DNA of 38,585 nt. It comes from a virus. The DNA lies in IMG/VR virus record IMGVR_UViG_3300045988_036717; one strand, given 5' to 3'. Below, one piece after another: positions 21,971-31,039 of the stretch (position 1 is the stretch's first letter; every line of letters begins with the position of its first letter). The notes below the pieces were generated by a model. The model worked only from the letters and a program-made list of their open reading frames with translations. It did not search any database and was not told the origin of the DNA. The translations under genes and the position numbers were made by a program.

Positions 21971-23632
21971 TCATACCCCCACTATACCGATGCCATCGTT
22001 TGTAACAGTATCGCCATCTTTTACTGTAATCGGGATAAACCTTGCTTTGTTGCACAACGTGATCTCTTCCTCAATAACAGATTTTTTTTGATGGAACTCA
22101 TCACCTGAAACCCAGAACGTTTTTGCTCCTGTGCGGTCATATCCTGCAAAACCAACTGAATTATTGACCACCAGATATGAACCATCAAGTCCATACATGA
22201 TTAGTCCGTTTTTATCAAGTTTTGCAATCAGATTATTTGCTTCATCGTATACCTCAATCTGTCCATTCTGGTTGAGATTTGAACCGAGTTTCAACGTACC
22301 GCCCTTTATCATATCCGCAACTAAATTGACAACATTAATATGTTGCATATTCAGCACATTATCAATCGTCCATGCACTTTCAAAATCTCCATTTATGCCA
22401 GTGCTTGAAAATGCAATACCGCCACTGTTGATCATAATAACGTGGTGAGCTTCTTCCTTTGGCAATGCGTCAACAACCAGAATCTTGTCACCTTCATAAA
22501 CTACATACGAATTACCAAGCATTCCTAGAATTGTGTCCTGCACATGTTGAATTGCATCTGAAAACACAACCTGTAAAGCTGAATTGTTCTGCTCTACACT
22601 CTGCTGAATTGTTGAACTTACTGTCCCTATGAGGTCGGAAACCTTCTGCTGAAAATTCCCAAATTCAAGCTCCGTATACTTGCCTAGAATGCAATCATAA
22701 TCATACGAAATAACATGCGTTGTAATGTCCACGCCCATAGGTTCATCAATGACTTCGATAGTATCTCCAATGTCTGTCAGTTTTTCAAGATTAGCCTTGA
22801 GTGTGTAATTCACTTTTGGCACGCAATTCTCGTCAACGTATGCCTGTCCCTGCTTTCTCAAATCCTCAATAAGTGCATTGTTATATGCTGTCTCATCAAG
22901 ATGTCCTTCTGCATCCTTGTATAGGTCTTGGTCAACATTCTGATTAAAGGATACAACTTTTGTAAATGGAATATCATACCGTGTCTTGCTGTAAAGATAA
23001 ACCTCGTCCAGCAGCAAGCCGTCTTTTCCAACTGGCATAAGTTTTGTGACCACATCATCCCAATTTGCCGTGCATGTCATTTCTTTCAGATTCTTTTTGT
23101 AGCGTACAGTCACACCATTGTCACGGCCAATAGTGCTCATGATACCGAACTTGTAATTGTCACGTACAAAGTGACCACCCCAACGATCCAGAACCGTGCT
23201 AAAAGCATCATACAACGATGTTCTAACACATCTGTATGAATCTACCGTTGCAATATCAGAATACGTCTGAAACGGGCTAGGATTGTCTGTGGCACTGTTC
23301 AGATGGTCCATCGCATCATTGCAATTTTTATCCACAACGTAACTGTCAGCAATCACATAGTTTTGAGCATCATACGAAATGTGCTGAGCCTTTATCGTGA
23401 TCTTACTCTTTGTTTTTTCTGGATTCTTAATGCGGAAAGCCTGTGCACCTTGTGGAGTATCTGCAACGATAATCCTGTTTGCTGTCAAAAAATCAACATA
23501 AGAAATGTCCGCTTCAACCGTCAAATAAAATTTGCCGTTATCTTCCTTGTGAACTTTTGCTTTGAATGGCTGAATGACTGCATCGCCATTGCTTGAAAAA
23601 TCTGTGTCTGTTGTTCCAAATAATTTGATCAT
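21971..23632 (-). CDS. Tail-associated lysin / prophage tail endopeptidase-type protein (Tal)
   Basis: MIKLFGTTDTDFSSNGDAVIQPFKAKVHKEDNGKFYLTVEA is an N-terminus typical of siphovirus minor structural/Tal proteins. ATG 23632 has a GTGAGG SD. The track extension was rejected. Confidence 0.7.
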   Translation of the reverse strand: MIKLFGTTDTDFSSNGDAVIQPFKAKVHKEDNGKFYLTVEADISYVDFLTANRIIVADTPQGAQAFRIKNPEKTKSKITIKAQHISYDAQNYVIADSYVVDKNCNDAMDHLNSATDNPSPFQTYSDIATVDSYRCVRTSLYDAFSTVLDRWGGHFVRDNYKFGIMSTIGRDNGVTVRYKKNLKEMTCTANWDDVVTKLMPVGKDGLLLDEVYLYSKTRYDIPFTKVVSFNQNVDQDLYKDAEGHLDETAYNNALIEDLRKQGQAYVDENCVPKVNYTLKANLEKLTDIGDTIEVIDEPMGVDITTHVISYDYDCILGKYTELEFGNFQQKVSDLIGTVSSTIQQSVEQNNSALQVVFSDAIQHVQDTILGMLGNSYVVYEGDKILVVDALPKEEAHHVIMINSGGIAFSSTGINGDFESAWTIDNVLNMQHINVVNLVADMIKGGTLKLGSNLNQNGQIEVYDEANNLIAKLDKNGLIMYGLDGSYLVVNNSVGFAGYDRTGAKTFWVSGDEFHQKKSVIEEEITLCNKARFIPITVKDGDTVTNDGIGIVGV

Positions 23633-23660
23633 ATTTAACCTCACATACTTAATGTTAAAA

Positions 23661-23685
23661 AGGCGCTCATTGCGCCTGTTTTTTT
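23661..23685. terminator. Bidirectional hairpin terminator inside the tail module
   Basis: AGGCGC-tcatt-GCGCCT is flanked by an A run on one side and a T run on the other. Confidence 0.6.
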
Positions 23686-23786
23686 CTACAACTGGGATAA
23701 CGCTTTTTCTACAGCATCGTGCCATCTTGGTGGCACTTTATCAAGAGTCATTCTTCCCATCTGGATTTGTCTTAAATACCATTTAA

Positions 23787-24206
23787 TCATTCTTCTGTTC
23801 CTCCTACGATTTCTGCAAGTGAAGCGATGGCTTCATTGATTGCTGTGATGTCAGCAGTGTTCTGCTCAGATGTATTCTGTAGTGTCTGAATCATCTTTGT
23901 TGCGTCTACCACGGCATCCCTTGTTGCTTTGACCTCGAGAGTTACTTTAGTTGTATTCTCTTTAGAATTAACTGAGATGCTGTCCCCGAGGCTGTAGCCT
24001 TTGGCTGTAAATACTGTTTCGCCTAGTTCGTTCAAAATTTTAACATCCGACACCTGATCTTGAGTCAAGGTATCTACCGTCTTTTGGTATCCCATATCAA
24101 TTAATGTCAATGAAACACCGTCTTCAAGTGTACTAAATTCTTCAATGTCTAGGTTCGTTCCATCTTTCAGGATTAATTTTTTATTTTGCTTTTTAATTTG
24201 TTCCAT
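23787..24206 (-). CDS. Hypothetical structural-module protein
   Basis: ORF of 139 aa with an ATG start and a GGAGGAAAC SD. Confidence 0.55.
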   Translation of the reverse strand: MEQIKKQNKKLILKDGTNLDIEEFSTLEDGVSLTLIDMGYQKTVDTLTQDQVSDVKILNELGETVFTAKGYSLGDSISVNSKENTTKVTLEVKATRDAVVDATKMIQTLQNTSEQNTADITAINEAIASLAEIVGGTEE

Positions 24207-24218
24207 TTTGTTTCCTCC

Positions 24219-24692
24219 TTATGCTGTGCGTTTCCAGAAATATACTGTGATGTATGGTTGTAAGTTATTATGAGATTCATTTCCACCGCTCGTATTTATA
24301 TAATCTGAAGGATGAAGCATATCTGTTTTTTTATTTGTTAATTGATATGCTATTCCACCATTTAACAGTACATCCGTAGATATTGGTATATTCATACTAT
24401 GATTATGTGAAGGCATCTCACCAACAGTCAATTTATGCTTATACTCGCCACCAGTGCTACCTGCCGTAAAGTTCTTACTCATAACGCCATCATTACCAGT
24501 ACCTTCACCGATTAAAGTTCGGCCTTGTCCAAATCTTGCCCATGTGCCACCGAATGATGTATTCGGATTAAAGTTAGAGCTAATGCTTATGTAGACACTT
24601 CCAACTGGGTAAGCCTGAAGTGGTCCAGGCATTTTAGCTTTTATCTTTCCCCAGAAGTATTTAAGTCCTGTTTTATCTAAATATTCAGCCAT
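24219..24692 (-). CDS. Tail-collar (MdpB-like) domain protein
   Basis: PVGSVYISIS...GGTWARFGQGRTLIG...STGGEYKHKLTVGEMPSHNHS. Confidence 0.6.
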   Translation of the reverse strand: MAEYLDKTGLKYFWGKIKAKMPGPLQAYPVGSVYISISSNFNPNTSFGGTWARFGQGRTLIGEGTGNDGVMSKNFTAGSTGGEYKHKLTVGEMPSHNHSMNIPISTDVLLNGGIAYQLTNKKTDMLHPSDYINTSGGNESHNNLQPYITVYFWKRTA

Positions 24693-24703
24693 TTTTTCCT
24701 CCT

Positions 24704-25084
24704 TTAGCTAGCGACTATCGAATCGATTTCTGAATTGGTAATTGCCGAGACACTTGTTGCGCTCAGACTATCTAATTTAGTTTTATCAGTTGAAGACATC
24801 AATCCATTTGCCTTCTGTGTCGCGACTCCATATGTTGTATTGTTATCCTGTTGAGTGAACGTAAATGTTGTTCCGTCTAGTGCCGTTGCCGTAAATGTCG
24901 TTCCTGACCTTGAAATGCTTTTAATCGCCTTTGACTGATCATAGTTTGCAACGCTTCCTAGACCTACTTGTGATTTATTGACTCCATGCGGATTACTTTT
25001 ATTGCTTATATGGTTTCTGGCTGTAGAATCCTTGACCGCGTATGTTGTGCCACTCGGTAGTTTTATAGTTGATATATCAGCCAT
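24704..25084 (-). CDS. Fibre-like protein, paralogous N-terminus with 25098-25676
   Basis: MADISTIKLPSGTTYAVKDSTARNHIS compared with MADISEITLPSGATYDIKDATARHDIS. Confidence 0.6.
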   Translation of the reverse strand: MADISTIKLPSGTTYAVKDSTARNHISNKSNPHGVNKSQVGLGSVANYDQSKAIKSISRSGTTFTATALDGTTFTFTQQDNNTTYGVATQKANGLMSSTDKTKLDSLSATSVSAITNSEIDSIVAS

Positions 25085-25097
25085 TCAAACAACCCCC

Positions 25098-25676
25098 TTA
25101 TTTCACTGTAATTGTTGAAGCATAGCCTGTAAACGCTGGTGCGGATGCACTAGCAGACTTAACACCTGTGGCAACCGTTACCGCTGTTCCTTTTGTTGGC
25201 AAAGAACCTGCTGAAAATCCAAGTGTTAGAACCTCATTTGCAACCGATGCAGTGAAACTTGGCAATGTGCCTACACCACTGATAGGCGTAACACTCGCTG
25301 TATTTAAAGCAACCGAAACAGTCGGTGCGGAAACTGAACCTTTCGGTGTATATGATGCACTCGCAGAATCTTTGAATGCCAGTGCCTTAAGACTGCCTGT
25401 GCTACCAAACTCGTGCCATTTACTATCTGATGTAGACCACACAAGTTCAAGCGAATTGTAAATTACAACGTCACCGTTTGATGGCGTGTAATCTGCATTA
25501 TTGATTTTGATTGGTGATGTGCTAGAGCCATCCACAAGTGCCGTTGATGTAACTCCTGCATAATGCATAGCACCTGTTGCAGAACCCTTTAGAATGCTAA
25601 TGTCATGCCTTGCTGTTGCATCTTTGATGTCGTAGGTTGCTCCGCTAGGCAATGTGATTTCTGAAATATCTGCCAT
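25098..25676 (-). CDS. Fibre-like protein
   Basis: It shares its N-terminus with 24704-25084. The C-terminal part is rich in Ser/Thr/Ala. Confidence 0.6.
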   Translation of the reverse strand: MADISEITLPSGATYDIKDATARHDISILKGSATGAMHYAGVTSTALVDGSSTSPIKINNADYTPSNGDVVIYNSLELVWSTSDSKWHEFGSTGSLKALAFKDSASASYTPKGSVSAPTVSVALNTASVTPISGVGTLPSFTASVANEVLTLGFSAGSLPTKGTAVTVATGVKSASASAPAFTGYASTITVK

Positions 25677-25678
25677 AT

Positions 25679-26005
25679 TTAACCTCCTATAATCAGATTT
25701 CCTTCGCTAACAGTATACGTTGTACCGCTGTTCCATTTCAACTTGTCTGTTAGTGTAACATGTATATCGCTGTTGCTTTCATGTTTATCAATTTTGCTGT
25801 TCAATGCTGCATATTCTTTTTTTGCTTTGCTTGCGCTCTCAATGTCATAATCCTCAAGTGCTTTGTTTCCCTTTACATCAACATTGTTGATTTTAGGGAT
25901 ATTTGTTAGTAAGTTATAATCGTCTGTCCCAACAACTGAAACGCTATCCATTTTTACAGTTAAACGATCGTCATCAGCAAGCATGATAATTTTGTAATCA
26001 TCCAT
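25679..26005 (-). CDS. Hypothetical structural-module protein
   Basis: ORF of 108 aa. Confidence 0.5.
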   Translation of the reverse strand: MDDYKIIMLADDDRLTVKMDSVSVVGTDDYNLLTNIPKINNVDVKGNKALEDYDIESASKAKKEYAALNSKIDKHESNSDIHVTLTDKLKWNSGTTYTVSEGNLIIGG

Positions 26006-26008
26006 GCT

Positions 26009-26362
26009 TTACACTCCTTTTTCGGTATCACATGCAAATGTGACTTCTTCCGTGATAATCAGCTTACCTATAAACGTCTGATGTATTTGGTCGCCTCTTA
26101 TAAGCTCAATATCATAATAATAAGTACCAAAATCAATGTAGTCTGTATCTTCCGGCATAATTGAGAATGAATATACATTTCCGTCTTTAGTTATCGTTCC
26201 ATCAGTCAGCTTTTTCTGGATGATAACTTTTCTCGATGACGTATTTTCTTTTACCGTAAAAGTAATTTGAGTGAATCCTTTGCTTACCTCTGCATCGTTT
26301 GCATCATGAACGGTAAAATGAACATTTCTCAAGTCCCCTCTTGGCATCGTAATATGTTCCAT
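26009..26362 (-). CDS. Hypothetical structural protein, distant paralog of 26917-27252
   Basis: The two share MPRGD/MIKGD...F.V......PEDT.....G.Y.YD..L. and are of similar length. Confidence 0.5.
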   Translation of the reverse strand: MEHITMPRGDLRNVHFTVHDANDAEVSKGFTQITFTVKENTSSRKVIIQKKLTDGTITKDGNVYSFSIMPEDTDYIDFGTYYYDIELIRGDQIHQTFIGKLIITEEVTFACDTEKGV

Positions 26363-26370
26363 GTTATCAC

Positions 26371-26901
26371 CTAATCTTTCGTAATAGAATCAATATCATC
26401 ATTTAAAATAGATGAGATTGGAGTAATATCATCCCACTCGTATTCGTAATCGGTGTTGCTTTTCTTTTTCAAAACCTGTCCTGCAATTCCTCCAGAAGGA
26501 ATGCCGTCGCCTTTGTCTCCCTTTGCACCATTTTTCACTGTGAAAGTTGACGTTGTACCATCATTAAACCGGATTGTGTAAGTGTCTGCAAGCCCACTTG
26601 TGCTAGTTTTTTCGATACTTGAGATTCCTTTTCCGTTTGTGACAGAAAATGTTGACGTTGTACCATCATTAAACCGGATTGTATAAGTGTCTGCAAGTCC
26701 GCTTGTTCCTGTCTTGCTAATACCTGAGATTGCTTTTCCATTTGTGACAGAAAATGTTGACGTTGTACCGTCTGTCAGTGTGATTGTGTAAGTGTCTACA
26801 AGCCCACTTGTGCTAGTTTTTATAATTTTCTTGATGCTCTGTCCTTCCTGACCTTTCAGCATGAAGACCTTACATATAGGTTTTGTAATGTATTCGCCCA
26901 T
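26371..26901 (-). CDS. Structural protein with three 35-aa tandem repeats
   Basis: The pattern (I/S).KT.TSGL.DTYTI.F.DGTTSTF.V.NGK occurs three times and is followed by GDKGDG. ATG 26901 has a GGGGGTG SD. Confidence 0.6.
   Translation of the reverse strand: MGEYITKPICKVFMLKGQEGQSIKKIIKTSTSGLVDTYTITLTDGTTSTFSVTNGKAISGISKTGTSGLADTYTIRFNDGTTSTFSVTNGKGISSIEKTSTSGLADTYTIRFNDGTTSTFTVKNGAKGDKGDGIPSGGIAGQVLKKKSNTDYEYEWDDITPISSILNDDIDSITKD
26524..26838. repeat. 3 x 105-bp in-frame tandem repeat
   Basis: The sequence gttgacgttgtacc recurs at 26546, 26651 and 26756, giving a period of exactly 105 bp. Confidence 0.85.
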
Positions 26902-26916
26902 TTTATGCACCCCCTA

Positions 26917-27252
26917 TTATGTGATTCCGTGTCGTACTTTCAATGCACCTGTCAGGATAGTGAACACATCGCTGTTAAGTTCAATTTGCATGTCATAAAA
27001 ATAATGTCCTGATTCAATATCCTTTGTATCTTCAGGCGCAATTCTCACAACATAATACATCTTGTTGCGCTCCTGTTTACTAAATGTGATGCCTTTTCCA
27101 AGTGTTTTCTGGAATACGACATCGTCATCATCAAGATTATTTTTGCACGTGAAGAACGCCTTTTCAAGCTCCTGCGGTTTGTCATCGAACTCAATCTCAA
27201 CCGCAAATGACAGTGTGTCACCTTTGATCATTTCAAGATTCGTCTTTTCCAT
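26917..27252 (-). CDS. Hypothetical structural protein
   Basis: MEKTNLEMIKGDTLSF... Its ATG overlaps the Dit stop (TAATG). The SD is GAGGTGGA. Confidence 0.55.
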   Translation of the reverse strand: MEKTNLEMIKGDTLSFAVEIEFDDKPQELEKAFFTCKNNLDDDDVVFQKTLGKGITFSKQERNKMYYVVRIAPEDTKDIESGHYFYDMQIELNSDVFTILTGALKVRHGIT

Positions 27253-27953
27253 TAAATCCACCTCGACTGTTTTTCAAACGCAATATAAGTAAGCTGTCCA
27301 TCCCATGACACGGAATTAGGCCCAACTTTAAGAACAAATTTGTCATAATCACCGACAACGTATCGGTTCATCAATACATCATCATTGTACGCTTCAAACC
27401 TTCCCGTGTCTATCGTGATGGAATTTATCGTGCTCAAGTCAATCTTGAATAGCTGCACGCCATTCAATGACAGATTGATAATCCCAGAACCTTCAATGTG
27501 AATAACTGGCTTTGATACATAATTGCCGTTGTTTCTTACCGTAATAGCACTTGTCGGATTGCTGAACACCTTCATTTTTTCAATACTGCTGTATTTGAAT
27601 GGCTGTACATGATACGTGATCTCAGCCGTTCTGAACCTCATAAGGCGTTCATAATCAATCGCATCCAGAATATCATACACGTAGTATTTTTCTGGTTCAT
27701 TTGAAAATATTACCGTTCCGCTTGAATTGAAAAACGGAATAATATCATCAATGTCATAGTCACCAAACAGACCGATTTTCATTTTTTTGTTGTACGCCGA
27801 ATATCCAAGTCTTGTGATCACATCACCGTCTCGCCCGTCTATCTGCTCAATGCTTGTACGCATTAATGGCTTTGTAATCGGTGGCAATTCCTGAATCAGC
27901 AATCCTTTTAAATATCGGCTGTCTTTTCCGTTTTGAATAACGTAATTTCTCAT
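27252..27953 (-). CDS. Distal tail protein (Dit)
   Basis: It lies immediately after the tape measure gene. IEQIDGRDGDVITRLGYSAYNKKMKIGLFG resembles the siphovirus tail component family. Confidence 0.7.
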   Translation of the reverse strand: MRNYVIQNGKDSRYLKGLLIQELPPITKPLMRTSIEQIDGRDGDVITRLGYSAYNKKMKIGLFGDYDIDDIIPFFNSSGTVIFSNEPEKYYVYDILDAIDYERLMRFRTAEITYHVQPFKYSSIEKMKVFSNPTSAITVRNNGNYVSKPVIHIEGSGIINLSLNGVQLFKIDLSTINSITIDTGRFEAYNDDVLMNRYVVGDYDKFVLKVGPNSVSWDGQLTYIAFEKQSRWI

Positions 27954-27965
27954 ATTTTCACCGCC

Positions 27966-30392
27966 TTAATTGTATATCAACTTTGTAACAGTTTTATCAA
28001 CGAAATGGCCCATTTCTTCGTCATCCATCTCGATTTTGACCTGCGATAAAGCATCCTTGAAAGCATCAACCATGTTTCTATAGTTTCCACCGCTTGTCGA
28101 AATACCACCGTTCACATTGAATGCGTCAGACATTCCACTCGCCAATGCTTCAGTCTGATTTATCAACTCTGGACTTGCCTTTCTCAAGGAATCGCTCAAA
28201 CCTTCCACCATGTCAGGCATCCAACTCTCGTATTCAGCCAATGGCCCTTCGTCAGGTCTTGAGAAATGAAGGAACGACTTGATTTTTCCTGCAACATCGC
28301 TGACTGCACTTGTGACTTTATGAATCGCACTCCTGATGCCGTTTGCAATACCACTAATCATATCGACACCCCAGTTATATAGCTGACCAGGAAGGCTGCT
28401 AATTGTCCCGATAATGTTATTTACAAGCCCTGATGCGGCATTTGCACCTGCTTGTGCCAACTGCCCCGCAAAGTTCCATGCATTAGTCAATGCACTTGAC
28501 AGCCAATTCCATACAGCAGATGGAAGTCCACTGATAAATGACACAACACCATTGACAAAGTTAGAACCTGCTGCGGAAGCCCTAGAAACCATGTTAGAAG
28601 CCCAATTCTGTACGTTGCTTATAACATTACTAAGGAATGCACCAATACGTCCAGGAAGGGCCTGAAACCACGATATTAGGTTGTCTATAAATCCACCAAC
28701 CGATGTAATTGCATTTCCAACCGTGTCCTTGAATGCATTCCACACATTTATAACAGCATTTCGGAATCCCTCGTTTGTGTTCCACAATGTGATAATTGTT
28801 GCTATTAGTCCTGCAAGCAACGTTACAACGAGCATAATCGGATTGGCATTCATTACACCATTAAGCAATGCCTGTGCAATAGATGCACCTTCATTAGCCG
28901 CCTGAAATGCTTTAACAGCCCCTACCACACCGTTAATCATGCTTGCAACGTTCCACGTTAACATAGCGGTACCAATGCCAGCAACAAGTGAAATGATCGT
29001 ACCGCCATTGTCCATGATGAATCCGAATAAATCACCAACGCCAGAAACAATATCATCAATGACAGATACGACAGAATCAACATCCATATTGTCGATTGCA
29101 TTTGTTACGTTTGGAATCCACTCATCAGCGGCCTTTTGTAAAATTGGCTGTAATGCTTCGCCAAGCTTTGAATTTATCGTATCACTCAATGTAGAAAGTC
29201 TTCCATCCAAAGTTTGAGATTGTGCATCCATTGACTGAAAGTATTTTCCACCTTCAGATGTTGACCGCTTCATTGACTCTGTGATCTCATCGACTGACAT
29301 TTTACCTTTTGAAATTCTGTCATAAAGGCTTTGCATGCTTTCTCCAGTCTTTTCTGAGATTTCCTGTAACGGGTTGAATCCTGCATCAATCATCATGTTG
29401 ATGTCTTCAAGCGTGACTTTTTGTGCAGAGTTCATTTTCCCGTATGCTCTCGCAATAGAGTTCAGCTTGTCCGCATTTCCCTGTGAAATATCACCAAGCA
29501 TCATCATACTATCGACAGCATCATCAGCACTAAAACCAAAGTTCATCAGCAAAGATGTTGCATCTGCCAACTGTGGCATATCAAACGGAGTTGTCGCACC
29601 AATATCAGCAAGCTTTTTGACTGTTTCCCTTGCTTTATCGGCTGAGCCTGTCATGACCGTAAACGATGTCGTGTAATACTCCATAGACTTCTGATAGTCC
29701 ACCGCACCGCCTACAAGCTGCTTGAATCCATCAACAATCTTGCTGATTGCCTGTGATGCAAGATTAGCCATCGTACCCTTAAGAACAGTGAACCCATCAC
29801 CAAGCTTTTTTGATGCATCATCGGCATCATTCATATTATTAGACAGATTCTTTACCTGTTTTGAACTGTCGTCAGACTCTTTGCCGAGGTTGTCAATCTC
29901 TTTCGCTGTCTTGTTAACATCCGCTTGAGCATTGTTCATCTGCACTGCAAGCTGTGACAATGATTTCTTGTTCTTGTCCTGTGCTGCGGTGCTTTCGTCA
30001 TATTGCTTCTGCAATTCGTTAACAACTTTCTCTTGCTCTTTGTACTCTTGACTGTTCTTTCCAACCTGAGCTTCAATACTTGCAAGTTTTCCTTTTTCAC
30101 TTTCAAGCTTTTCACCGAGTTGCGCATGCTCATCTGCTGACTGTTTAACAGCATCCTGATATTGCTTGTACTGGTCAGAAACTAACTTCAGCTTCGATTT
30201 CTGCTCTTCAAGGCGCTTGTTCAGCACGTCACTCTTGGCTGTCAATGCTTCGGTGCTTGTGTCGTTCTTGTCATATGTACTCGTAACAACCTTCATTTCA
30301 GAAGATACTTCACGCAAGCTCTGTGTGATTTGACTTAACGCTCTCCTGTATTCGCTCTCGCCTTTCAGCTTAATGGTACCACCTAATGCCAT
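27966..30392 (-). CDS. Tape measure protein
   Basis: About 808 aa with a coiled-coil N-terminus, a central TMP region, and Gly/Ala/Asn-rich hydrophobic repeats (NAWNFAGQLAQAGANAASG). ATG 30392 has a GGAAGGGGG SD. Confidence 0.9.
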   Translation of the reverse strand: MALGGTIKLKGESEYRRALSQITQSLREVSSEMKVVTSTYDKNDTSTEALTAKSDVLNKRLEEQKSKLKLVSDQYKQYQDAVKQSADEHAQLGEKLESEKGKLASIEAQVGKNSQEYKEQEKVVNELQKQYDESTAAQDKNKKSLSQLAVQMNNAQADVNKTAKEIDNLGKESDDSSKQVKNLSNNMNDADDASKKLGDGFTVLKGTMANLASQAISKIVDGFKQLVGGAVDYQKSMEYYTTSFTVMTGSADKARETVKKLADIGATTPFDMPQLADATSLLMNFGFSADDAVDSMMMLGDISQGNADKLNSIARAYGKMNSAQKVTLEDINMMIDAGFNPLQEISEKTGESMQSLYDRISKGKMSVDEITESMKRSTSEGGKYFQSMDAQSQTLDGRLSTLSDTINSKLGEALQPILQKAADEWIPNVTNAIDNMDVDSVVSVIDDIVSGVGDLFGFIMDNGGTIISLVAGIGTAMLTWNVASMINGVVGAVKAFQAANEGASIAQALLNGVMNANPIMLVVTLLAGLIATIITLWNTNEGFRNAVINVWNAFKDTVGNAITSVGGFIDNLISWFQALPGRIGAFLSNVISNVQNWASNMVSRASAAGSNFVNGVVSFISGLPSAVWNWLSSALTNAWNFAGQLAQAGANAASGLVNNIIGTISSLPGQLYNWGVDMISGIANGIRSAIHKVTSAVSDVAGKIKSFLHFSRPDEGPLAEYESWMPDMVEGLSDSLRKASPELINQTEALASGMSDAFNVNGGISTSGGNYRNMVDAFKDALSQVKIEMDDEEMGHFVDKTVTKLIYN

Positions 30393-30406
30393 ATGCAACC
30401 CCCTTC

Positions 30407-30653
30407 CTAGAACCAGTCGTCCTCATGCTGTGATTTTTCATATGCCTTCGCATATGTTGTTCCTGTCTTTTCAAGCATCAGTTCAAAATCAAAATCGCTC
30501 TTGTAATGCTTGTAATACAGGTTGAAAGTTGTCAGTGTCAATCTTCCAACTTCATGAAATGTAAAACCAAGTTTGTTACGCCCGATAAAGTAGAACCATG
30601 TAAAGTCTATTGGCTCTGGTTCATCCACTTCATCGGGAATTATGCGTTTTTTT
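30407..30653 (-). CDS. gpT-like extension of the tail assembly chaperone, reached by -1 frameshift
   Basis: The -1 frame is open from the slippery site and reads KKRIIPDEVDEPEPIDFTWFYFIGRNK... It has no independent ATG or SD. Confidence 0.65.
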
Positions 30654-30987
30654 CGGAACTTTTAGTGCTTTCAACAACAGTTTCGTTTACCTTCTTCGTG
30701 GCTTCAGAAAGCCCAATGTCAGTTATCATTCTTCCTGTCTGCTTCAGTGTCAGTGGCTTTTCACTTGTGCCTTTTTCCTCGTTCTGAATATCAATATACT
30801 CATTGATCATCGCCCAAATTCCGAAAATGATTGCCTTTGCATTTGGCTCTTCATCTTTACTATCTGTGAGTTTGCCCCACGCATCAAGTGTGCCGTATTT
30901 GTCCTGAATAACTGCCATAACGTTCAGATTAAATACAAGCCCGTATGTCTTCCCTTTATATTCAAATTCTTTTGAGATTTCCTTCAT
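30640..30987 (-). CDS. Tail assembly chaperone (gpG-like)
   Basis: It lies between the major tail and tape measure genes. The sequence begins MKEISKEFEYKGKTYGLVFNLNVMAVIQDKYG. Confidence 0.75.
   Translation of the reverse strand: MKEISKEFEYKGKTYGLVFNLNVMAVIQDKYGTLDAWGKLTDSKDEEPNAKAIIFGIWAMINEYIDIQNEEKGTSEKPLTLKQTGRMITDIGLSEATKKVNETVVESTKSSEKNA
30646..30653 (-). promoter_or_regulatory. Slippery heptamer A_AAA_AAC for the G/GT -1 frameshift
   Basis: The minus strand reads TCC GAA AAA AAC GCA TAA. The -1 frame continues into the 30407-30628 ORF. Confidence 0.65.
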
Positions 30988-31000
30988 GTTTGCCTCCTAA

Positions 31001-31027
31001 TAAAATAAGACAGGGACGAACCCTGCC
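31001..31027 (-). terminator. Hairpin terminator/attenuator after the major tail gene
   Basis: The minus strand reads GGCAGGG-uucgu-CCCUGUC followed by UUAUUUUAUU. Confidence 0.55.
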
Positions 31028-31039
31028 TTTAATATTCTT

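Noticed and set aside
26524-26838. The tandem repeat as a CRISPR array or non-coding satellite.
   Set aside because: The period is 105 bp with no spacer/repeat alternation. It is in frame within a structural ORF and translates to a repeated 35-aa module.
20251-27953. A diversity-generating retroelement or invertible segment acting on the fibre genes.
   Set aside because: There is no reverse transcriptase or invertase gene. I found no template/variable repeat pair and no long inverted repeats flanking the fibre genes.
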